Positions 55,001 through 64,000 of a stretch of 64,000 bases of DNA are shown here, piece after piece. Origin of the DNA: Lama glama (taxonomy: Eukaryota); contig CM052824.1 of the NCBI GenBank assembly GCA_028534125.1, positions 58,404,001 through 58,468,000 on the forward strand. Direction: 5' to 3'. Within the stretch, counting starts at the first letter, position 1; each line of letters starts with the position of its first letter. The notes below the pieces were generated by a model, which had not been told where the DNA came from, made no database searches, and saw only the letters and a program-made list of their open reading frames with translations. A program made the translations under genes and the position numbers.

Positions 55001-58000
55001 CACTTGTTAATCCTCCCATCCAAGCATCTACCCTCCCACTCAAACACCTACCCATCCAACCACAAAACCAACCAACTAAACATACGCCCACCACCACGTG
55101 ACCAGCCATCCTACCTACTCCCCAAACATCCATCCGTTCATCCATCCATTCATCCATCCATTGATTCCTTTTACCCAGTCTCCAGCCATTCATCCATCCA
55201 TCTGTCCATTCATCCATCCACCCATGCATCTATCTACCCATCTATCCATCCATCTCTCCATCCTACCCAGACTCCATCCATGCACCCATCCATTTATCTG
55301 TCCAGTCCATCCATCCATCCATTCATCTACCTGTCTGTCCATTCATTCATCCATCCACCCAGTATAGATTTCTTGCTTATCTTTACTGAGCCAAGTACTG
55401 AACACAGTACGTGATGTCTAACTTTCTGGGGTCTTTGCAGAGAAAGCTTTTGTGACTTTCTGCCTTAGCTCTTTGGCTCTGTCCTTATTTCCCTGCTTCT
55501 GTCCTTCTTCTTACTCTGTCCCCATGTCATTCCTTTTGTCAGTCTGTCTTTCCTGAGTCCTTGCTTTTCTTTCCTCCTCCTCCCTGTGGGTCCCCATCCT
55601 TCTCCTCCCTCACTCTTCCCGGGCCCCGGTCCCTTAGAATAAAAGCGTCACCTGTTCCGCTACGCCCCCCGCAATGGCCTGCCTGCCCACGGTGCTCAGG
55701 ACTCACGCTTCCTTTGATGAGACGCCAGTGAGGTGATATCTGGGTTTTGTTAAATGTCATAAATAAATTATTAATCCTCTCTTGGGTGGGAGTCCTGCTC
55801 CCCCTCCCCCTCAACCATTATCAGTAGAGGCCTGTGGTGTCGGAGGCCTTCCAAGGACTGATGGGAACCTTAGTCTTGGGGCACCCCTCCCTAGGGTGGC
55901 CCTGAGAAGCTCTGGCCCAGCAATGCCTGAACCAGAGACCCCCCCCCCCCACCTCCTTCAGCCTCCAGCATCCTAACCCTCCTGGGGCCCTGGGCTGAGC
56001 ACTGTCATTGTCATGCACTTAAACTGCATCTCAGTTTCTAATTCATCACGCTGTGAGGAAGGCGGTTCTAGGCCCATTTTAAGGCTGAATAAATGGGCTC
56101 AGTCAGGGAGGGATTGGGGGCCACTCTGCCAGGAGGGATGGTGGCTTGAAGCCTGTGCTCCCTTGTCCCTCCTCCTGGCCACCAGATGGTCTTGTTACCT
56201 GCTTGTGGGAACCCAAGGAGCCCCTTCCCCCAGGCTCTGGAGAGGATGGAAGACATTCAGCTGGGTCCCCATAGCTGGCAGATTTGCTCACTGGACCCTG
56301 GTGATGGGGCTCTTGATCCGACTCCTGGCTCGGCCTCCCCAGATCCTTCAGCCACCCCACATCAGATGACCTGACTTTTCCTTTCACAATCAGATGCTTT
56401 TCTTTTGCTCTGATTACTTTGTGGTTGCTAAGCTCCCTGGGGGGCTGCATTCTTACCCAGGCCCCACTGGGCTCTGCTGCTTGCCCTCCCCAGAGGACAA
56501 GGACAGGAGGTGGGCAGAGCATCATTTGTGGGGTGAGCATGTGGACTTCCAGAGGACTAGCCCTGATCTCCCTACCACCCCCACCAAAGGACCTCAGGTG
56601 ACCTTCCAGACAAAGGGCTGGCCTGAGTCACCTCAGTGTCCCCAGGGCATGCCTGAGCTTGGCACATGGACCATGCTGTTTCAGTGCTTGTTCAGTAAAT
56701 ATGGGCAAAGTCTGAATTCTGGGAGGGCCCTCTGCCTGGAAGGAGGGACTGGCACAGGGACCACATGTGGTGGTGGGAGCCACCTGCCAGAGTTCCATTC
56801 TGGCTCTGCCACCTGCTGGCTGTGAAACTGAGATGTGGGCCAGTGATGAGATCCTCTGAGCCTCAGTTTCCTCATCTGCAAATGTGGGTAATAACAGTAC
56901 CATCTCCTGGGGTTGCTGTGTGGCGTAGATGAATTAATGTAAATTGGCGTGTGCTACCTGCTCCCAGCCTGGTGCAGGTGGTGTGAAGGCACTTCTGCTG
57001 CTGTAAGGTGTTTCCCTAAGAGGGGTCCACTCCTCTTGCCTGGGCTGCGGCCTGCAGTGCAGCCTGCGGGTTCTGAGGGCTAAGCTAAGTGTGCAGGGAG
57101 CTGGGGAGGGGCGAGCTCAGGGAAAAGCAGTGGAAGGTACCTCCCTTTACTGACCCCTGTCTGTCCCCCTGCCTGTCTCTGAAGCCACCTCCCCCACTTT
57201 CTCCCTGGGCGGTTCCAACCTGGGAGCTCAGGAGAGAGGAGACAGAACAGGGCTAATGGGTCCTAATTATAGCCCGTCTGGGATTGATGGAGCCTCGGGC
57301 CCTGGAGGGGCAGGGCTGGTGTGGGAGGGCACTTCTAGGCCAGGCCAGGACCTGGCAGGACAAGGAGTCTCGAGGCCACGCCTCCTTGGGACCCCAGTGC
57401 CCAAGCCTCCCACCTCCCTCCCTGAGGAAGGGGCATAGTCCCAGGAAGGGTTGCTTGGATGTGAGTTCCCAGGCCTGGTTTTGGAAAAAATCCAGGGCCC
57501 GTTGCAGGGAGGGAGGAGGGGGCTGGGCTGAGGTGAAGCTCGGGTGAACAGGAGTCATGGGGGCCTGGGGAGCAGTGCCACAGAAGGTCTGCCGGGGTGT
57601 TCTCAGGGCTGCTGGAAGCTCTGTGCAGGGGAGGGAGGGCCTGTCAGAGATGGAGTGGGCAGGGTGGGGCCCCCGGCACCGTGCGCCAGCCCTGGAACTT
57701 TCCTGGAGGAGGGATTGGACCAGGCAGCTGGCCCTGGGCCGTCAGGCCTTCTGGGAGTGGAGGAGCGGGTCTGTCCGAGGGCAGGGGGCCCGAGGCCTCA
57801 TCCTCTGAGGCCTGTTCTGGATGTGGGTTAGAGGTGAAGGGCGCCCCGCCTCCTTCCCAGGCACAGCCCACGGGAGACTGCAGGCTTCCTTCTAGAACCT
57901 CCCGTAGCCACCTGTTCACCCCCATGTCTGTTCCGCTGGCCAGTCAGTCAGTCTGTGACCATGTGCTGGGCTGGCCTTCCCGGCCTGGGAGACCGCCCTG

Positions 58001-60361
58001 CTGAGGGGACAGGGGACGTGGGGAAGTGGCAGGAGGCAGGAGGGAGAGGCCCCCTCCCGACTGCATCAGCTGAGACTGTTACATAACGGTGCTGGGCATT
58101 GCCAGGGTGCGGGGGTGGCTCTGCCCAGGCGGTCTCTTTGCGGCTCAGGGGGGAGGTGGAGGCGGGTGGGGAAGTGGGCAGGCGTGGACTGGCACCAGAT
58201 CCCTAGCATGGCTCCTTGCCAACCATGTCATTGTCCTCCCCCCCGAGCCCTCCACTTCAGGATGACTCTGGGGGGGGGGTCCCTATGCTCCTTTTCAACT
58301 GGCCTCCAAATCCTTGCTCCTCCTGTGTCAAGGCTTGGAGGGCAGGACGGGGTCAGCTTCTGCTGCCTCAGCCTGGCTCCACCTGAGCTGCCCAAGTTAA
58401 ACCCAGCTTTGCGCCCACCCTCACTGCCTGTCCCCCAGGGCCAGGGCAGCTGTGCCCTCCACCTGGTCCTGTCCTCAGCAGCGCCCTTCCTGCCAGTCAG
58501 GACCACTGAGCTGGCTTCCCGGGGTGACTAGCATTCAGGCCACCCTCAGGTCACCTCTTCCAGGGCAGCTCCCTGACCCCGCCCGGAGGAGGCCTCTCCC
58601 CACGTCTGTTTGCCTGGCAGGATGCGAAGGGAGCTGGGACTTGGCCTTGCTCTCTCTGCCCTGGGGACTCTTGGGGGCAGGGGTCCCAGCACCTGGGGTG
58701 GACCCATATGGGGGGTGGGAGGGCAGATGTTGGAGTGTCCAGGGTGCATGCCCGTATCCAAGCATCTGTGGTCTGACGTGTTCAGCAGCCAGGATGTTTT
58801 ACTGTGAAAGGCTTCCTGGTGGGGCTGGGGACACTCTGCCCATTTCCCAGGTGGAAGTCACCTGGGTGGTCCTGGCACTCCTCGCCCTCCTCAGGGCTCC
58901 CCCTGGGGTCAGCCCCACAAGGCGGTCCTGTTCCAGGGAGACCCCAGCTGAGTGAGATCCCCATCATGTCCCCCCACCCCGTGGCGCTTCTCTCTGCCCC
59001 TCCCCCACCCCGCACATGGGCAGTGAGGGTGGGGAGCGGAGGACAAGCCGCCGGCGTAGGGTGCTGGCTTTCTCGTGAGCCCCTTTTGTGGACTCTTTGG
59101 AGGTTCGGCTGATTCCTTCTGGAATCTTCCTTCGTCCCAGGAGGACAGATGTAGCTCTGCTCTGAGTGATTTGTTCTTGTGGTGTCTTCTTGCTGCTGTT
59201 TGCCCCCAAGAGAACCCTCTCGCTTTCCTCTGTGGCCAGGTCTGGTGCCCAGGGCCTCAGGGCTGGTGCCCTCTCTCATTCCTGACTTCTTGGGTGGGCG
59301 TTAGACTGCTGCCACCTGTTCCCTTTGGGGGGCGGTGCCGGCTGCAGCTTGGGTGATACCCCCGCCCCACACCCGTCCTGCTCCCCCTTGGCCTTTCAAA
59401 TTCCTGAAGGAGCGAGGAATTCAGGAAAAAGGGGGCAGCTTCTAGAATACCCGCATCTCTCTGTGGAATGCCGCATTGTCCCAAGCGCCCAGCTGGAGCG
59501 TGTGTGGCATCCTGCTGTGCGTGTGTGTCTGGGTGCGTGTGACGGGAGTGACCTGTGCGGGTGCGTGTGTGGGATAGGGGCGGGAGAGGTAGCGTGGTCT
59601 TCACGTTCCCATTAAGGGGGCCCTGGCATCCTCCATGCTGGTCTCTCCTGCAAACCCCCGGGCACTTGCTCCGCAGGGCCACTAGGGTGCTCCAGGGGGA
59701 TGTGGTTTGGACGTCCCTGTCGTCCTGCACTCATGAGCTGTCTGTCTCCTGGCCACACTGTGCGCCTCTGAAAGGCGGAGATGGGCCCCGACCTCTCCCT
59801 GGGGCCAGCTGGAGATGACTTTGGCTCCATTAGAGCCATGTCAATAAGACCTCTTAATTAGTCACTCACTTTTGCTTCAGTTTCCCGAGCACTGCTGTAG
59901 CAGGGTAGGTGGTTATTGTCCCATTTCACAGATGAGAGGGGGAGAGGCCCAGAGAGGTAGGGTGATGTAACATAGCCCCCAGGAGCTCGGGCTCCACTAA
60001 GTAGGTCTGGGGATGGCTTTGCGGGGTTGGGAGGGGGCTGGGGCAGAGGAACTAGTGGGAGGGAGAAGGGGTGGGGGGCCGGGGACAGTGGAGTGGCCAT
60101 GACTTGGCATGGTAGGCTGGCAGAGGAGCTGGCTGTCCCAGCGGGGTCCCGCCTCTCACTCCGTCCCTGGGGGTCTCCCTGCTGTGCTGTCCCTGTCGCT
60201 CCCTGGAGTAACCCCCCCTGCTGACTCCTCCAGAAGAAGAAGATGGTGGCCTTGAAGCCTTCGACGACTTTTTCCCTGAAGAGCCCGTGAGCCTTCCCAG
60301 GAAGAAGAAGCCCAAGAAGGTCAAGGAGAACAGGCCCAAAGGGAAGAGGAGGAAGAAGGAG
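51184..60361 (+). CDS. CHD5: Chromodomain helicase DNA-binding protein 5, exons 1-2 (gene continues beyond window)
   Basis: join(51184..51262,60234..60361), GT-AG: [69 protein letters not shown]. Matches the recalled CHD5 N-terminus; synteny with RPL22. Confidence 0.95.
53285..53770 (+). mobile_element. L2 3' region remnant
   Basis: cagccagggtcacctttagaaacacaaatcag...gctcaaatgtcacc...gaggccctcc...gtgcctggcgcctggcac resembles the L2a 3' end. Confidence 0.6.
54270..54440 (-). mobile_element. MIR fragment
   Basis: ctctgcctcagtgtcccacttctagaatggg...acctcatagagggttattatgagg...cagtgcccagcacataatagg. Confidence 0.65.
55125..55360. repeat. Degenerate (TCCA/CATC)n low-complexity tract
   Basis: Repeated catccatccattcatccatcca units. 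Confidence 0.9.
56790..56945 (-). mobile_element. MIR fragment
   Basis: ctctgagcctcagtttcctcatctgcaaatgtgggtaataacagtaccatctcctggggttgctgtg. Confidence 0.75.
59900..59975 (+). mobile_element. MIR fragment
   Basis: gttattgtcccatttcacagatgagaggggagaggcccagagaggt. Confidence 0.6.
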
Positions 60362-61094
60362 GTGAGTGGGGCCGCGGCCGCGGGAGGTCTCGGCGGCCCC
60401 CGCCCCGGGCCTGCGGAGGGAGCCCCGGGCTGCCGGAACCATCGGCGGCGGGGCGGGCGCGTCCCGAGAGCTGAGCCTGAGTGCGGAGCGCCGGGACCAG
60501 TGTCTGGGGTGGGCCATGGACACCTGCCTAGAGTCCTGTCTTCTTGAGCAGGGTGTTCCAGGGCACCTCTCCCCCCTACCACCGGTGGCCACCCTGGGCC
60601 GTGACGCACGGGGTCCCCGGCGCTCGCCCCCCTTCCCTGAGGGGCCCTCCTTCCCGCTTGTGCCGCGCCCGCTGCCTCTGTGCTCTCGGCAGCACGGGCG
60701 CCGCCTGCTGCTTTCTCCCCGCCTGCTTCCCGGCAGGCATCTGTCTCCAGCTTGCTGCTTCCAACCTGTTGTGAGTTGGAATCCTGATGAAAATGATGGA
60801 AGTGGGAGAAGGCGAGGAGGCCCCAGCGAGGGCCGGGCTCTCCTCTAACTCTTGTGAGGATTTTCAGAACGTTTTCCCGTGGATTCACTTTATCCTCAGC
60901 ACCAGCTGTGGGAATCGGCGGGGCGGGATGGTGGCCACCGCCCGGCTGAGGGGGAGACTGGGGCTGGTTCGCAGCTTAAAGCCCTCGCACTTCTGGAGGG
61001 ACGAGGATGGGGTCTCATCACCACGTGAGAGCTGCCACCTCTCCTGGGCATCACAGGATCCTCCAGGTGGCCTTTTGAGGAGGTGATGGCCTGT

Positions 61095-61175
61095 GCCCCG
61101 CTTTACAAATGTGGCTCAGAGATGAACTTGCCCAGGGTCACAGCCACATAGCTGAGATCCTGCCCCAGGGCTGTC
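61095..61175 (+). mobile_element. MIR fragment
   Basis: cccgctttacaaat...ggctcagagatgaacttgcccagggtcacagccacatagctgag. Confidence 0.55.
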
Positions 61176-61250
61176 TAGCCGCACCCCCAGGCCTGGTCCT
61201 CCCTGGCCCTCTTGCTCCGAGGGGAAGCGCTGTCAGATCTCTGGCTTTCC

Positions 61251-61252
<2 letters not shown>

Positions 61253-61288
<36 letters not shown>
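61253..61288. repeat. (GT)18 microsatellite
   Basis: Perfect dinucleotide run. Confidence 0.97.
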
Positions 61289-61293
<5 letters not shown>

Positions 61294-63806
61294 TGTGTGT
61301 AGCCCTCAGGGAGAATGTCCCAGGCTGAGGGCACAGGTTCCTGCTGGAATGTTCCGATGTGGTCGCAAAGGCCACTGTGGGCCTCTGGCTTTTCCCCTGC
61401 ACGGCTTTGTGCAGAGGAGGCTGTGGGATGACTTAGCTTTGGAGGGTCCCTGAGGGTGCTGCAGGGGTGGGAGGGAGGAGACCCCTGCGGGTGGACGGCC
61501 TGTGATGGCGGGTGAGCAAGAAGGGGCAGAATTTCTTCCTAGAATCTCCGGAGCCACTGCCTGTACCTGAGCCTCACTTCTGTGTCTGCAGTAAAGGGGC
61601 CGTCACCTGTCCACCTCACCTGCTTGTTTGGGGACAAATCAGATGTGGACCAATAGGGCACCTTCATGTGAGGTGCCACAGGGGACGGCCAGAGGTCCCT
61701 GGGGGCATCCAGGGTGTCGGCCTGCATGTGTCTGGAGGGCAGGGCCTGCCCTGGGCTGTGCCCTGGGTTCCCGCAGTGGTCAGCCCGGGGCTAGCCTTCC
61801 GGAAGCAGGGTGTCAGCCCCTGCCCCCTCCGGCCAGGACCGCCCAGCAGCCTGCTGTGCTCTCTGGTGAGGGTGGGCCCAGCATTTCTCTTCTGGACTGC
61901 CCCCGTGCCCCCGTGCCCCCACGCCGCTGTCCAGGCTCCTGGCCAAAGCCGCCCTGAGCCTCTTCCTGCCCACCTGCAGCCACGCCAGTCCGTTCCTCTC
62001 CTCCAGTGCATGCAGACTGCCCTTTCTTCCCCGGGAGAGACCCTGAGCCTCCTCCAAGCCCACTGCTGCCCCTGTCCGATGCCACCCTCCATCTCTGCTG
62101 CCCCTCAGCTTTGTCCTCACTGCCTGGGCTCCCAGGCAGCATCGTTTCAGGATGGCCGGGTGTGTCCTCTCCCAGGACGCCCACCCCTAACCGTGGGGCT
62201 GGCATGTGGGCTGCACGTGGGAAAGTTTGTGAACTGAAGCTTCCTGTCCCCATTATCCAGGTGGGGAAGTGGAGGCAGGAGAGGGGAGCAGGGGGACCCG
62301 TGCCTAGAGGTTCCCCCATGGAGGGACATGCTGTGGCCCAGCTCCCCTGCCACAGGGAGGGGACCCTGAATTCCCGCGGCAGCTCCCTCCACCCCTGCCA
62401 GCACCTTGGCCCGCAGGTCTGTCCTTGTCTGAGGCAGAGGATAGATGGCTCGGGACTGGCAGGGCCCTGGAATGCAGAGGCCTACTTCTTGGTTAAAGCT
62501 GTGAAATGTCATACTATCTTGGCCCCTGCTCTCGCCCCTCAGACCCAAGGCTCTGTGGACGTTGGGTGGAGGTAGATTCTAGGGGCCTGGGGCTGCGTGA
62601 CGAGGCCAGGGCTTCCTGCAGCTTCTCAGTGCTTTCTCTCCTGCTGCTTCTGTCGCAGGAGCTGGGGGGAGACTAGGCCACGGTGGGCGGTTCCATCCGG
62701 TCCTGGGTCTTGGGCCCCAGGCCGGGTCTGCCCAGTCCCCCAGTGCCGAGGAAGGGCCACTGGGGTGCCCCTCCTCCTTCCCTGCCAGCCCCCCACGGGG
62801 CTGGGCTTTCTCCTGCCCTCCTAGGTACAGGTTATAGCTGGACCCCCCCTGCCCTGGTCAGGAAGGAGGCTGGTGGTGGGCAGTGTCTGGACAGCAGCGA
62901 GGCGAGGGGCTGGGTGGGGGGAGTTCGGCAAGGGGAGGTGTGGGGGCCAGTGGCCTCCGAGGCCTGGAGGGCTGGTGCTTGCCTCCCACTTGCTGTGATC
63001 ACCCCGGTCTTTTCTCCGTCTCCTTCCTCGGGCCTTACCTGAATGCACGGTTTTGTTTTTGTCTCTGGGCCTGCGCTCACTGCCGTGGCCTGAGCGTGGC
63101 CTCTCTGTCTTATGCATCTCTTGCCACCTCTTCCTCTGTCTGCCTTGCCCTCCATCTTGCTCCATTTCTTCTCCCACCACTCATTTCCTCCCTCCCTCCC
63201 TTTCGTCCGTTCTCTCCACTCTCCCTCCCTCCCTCACCCTCTCTCCTTCCTCTCTCTACCCAGACGCAATTCTGAGATGTAATTCCGGATCTCAAAAGGG
63301 GTGGAAGCTGGGAGAGGGGGGTGACCAGAGGGCTGCAGATGACTAGACAGTACCAGACAGGCCCCTTGGTGGCCCTTGCACCATTGCTGCCCCCTCCCCT
63401 GCGCTGGTTTAGCAGCTGTCAGATCTCAGAGGGTCTGGAGCACAAGACAGCCAGGGCACAGGAGCCTGGCTGCCGTGTGCCCACCGCCCATCCGCCGCCA
63501 GTGGATCCCGGTCTTCAGGACGTGGGAAGGAGAATGTCACCCCTTTGCTACCCTCCATCTCCGACCGGGTAGCCTCAACTCAAGGCCATGGGTGGAGGGA
63601 GCAGCGGGCCTCGGCTGGGACCCAACAGCAGCAGGGAGTTTTGGGCGGTGGGTCGGGGCGGGGAGGGTGCGGGGACAGGCGGCAAGTCGTGAATTCTGAT
63701 TTACATGAAATAGCTGGGCTTTGGCCGGAACCTGAGCATATGTAGATGAAGCTCCTTGTCAGACCCAGCGCAGGAGGGAGAGATGATTTCAACCTGTACT
63801 GCAGCG

Positions 63807-63820
63807 GTTACCATAGCAAC
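63807..63820. promoter_or_regulatory. RFX X-box in CHD5 intron 2
   Basis: GTTACCATAGCAAC fits GTNRCC-N2-RGYAAC. Confidence 0.6.
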
Positions 63821-64000
63821 CAATTATTCAGTGCTAAATTATAACTGTTTATAACACTCGTGAATGGGAAGGCTCATATTTCATTCTTTCTTTTTCCCTC
63901 TCAATCTTGAAGGATCCCAAATTGAGAATGACCAACTCTCCAAGTCCTTCCTTTTGCGTTTAAATGCCTCCTTTTTGGAGAGATGCGGTGTGTGTTGAGC

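Noticed and set aside
54984-55414. His/Pro/Ser-rich and Trp/Met-rich ORFs
   Set aside because: Translations of the (TCCA)n low-complexity tract.
59495-59600. Cluster of GCGTG (XRE-like) words in CHD5 intron 1
   Set aside because: Better explained as a decayed (GT)n tract.

Overview
Eukaryotic (mammalian) genomic DNA, not microbial. The window is the reverse-complement orthologue of the human 1p36.31 block: 3' half of GPR153 (+), HES3 (-), ICMT (+, exon 1 mostly in an N gap), complete RNF207 coding region (-, 17 coding exons, 634 aa), complete RPL22 (+, 128 aa) and the first two exons of CHD5 (+). Exons were assigned by reading splice sites and frame continuity; gene identities rest on my recall of the human/mouse proteins, not on a database search. 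Three tRNA-Ala(AGC)-derived SINEs suggest a camelid genome (inference). Old MIR, L2, L1, MER5 and MLT1 remnants, microsatellites, several CpG islands and three N gaps are present. I found no new multi-gene system. The most interesting signals are regulatory: (1) a near-consensus REST/RE1 site inside the last HES3 coding exon; (2) a TATA-Inr HES3 promoter with a Sox-Oct-like element and a 12-nt leader, feeding an upstream coding exon that completes the basic region; (3) two RFX X-boxes at CHD5; (4) overlapping convergent poly(A) signals of ICMT and RNF207; (5) a GC-AG donor with a competing in-frame GT in RNF207; (6) CTCF-like motifs on both sides of HES3.
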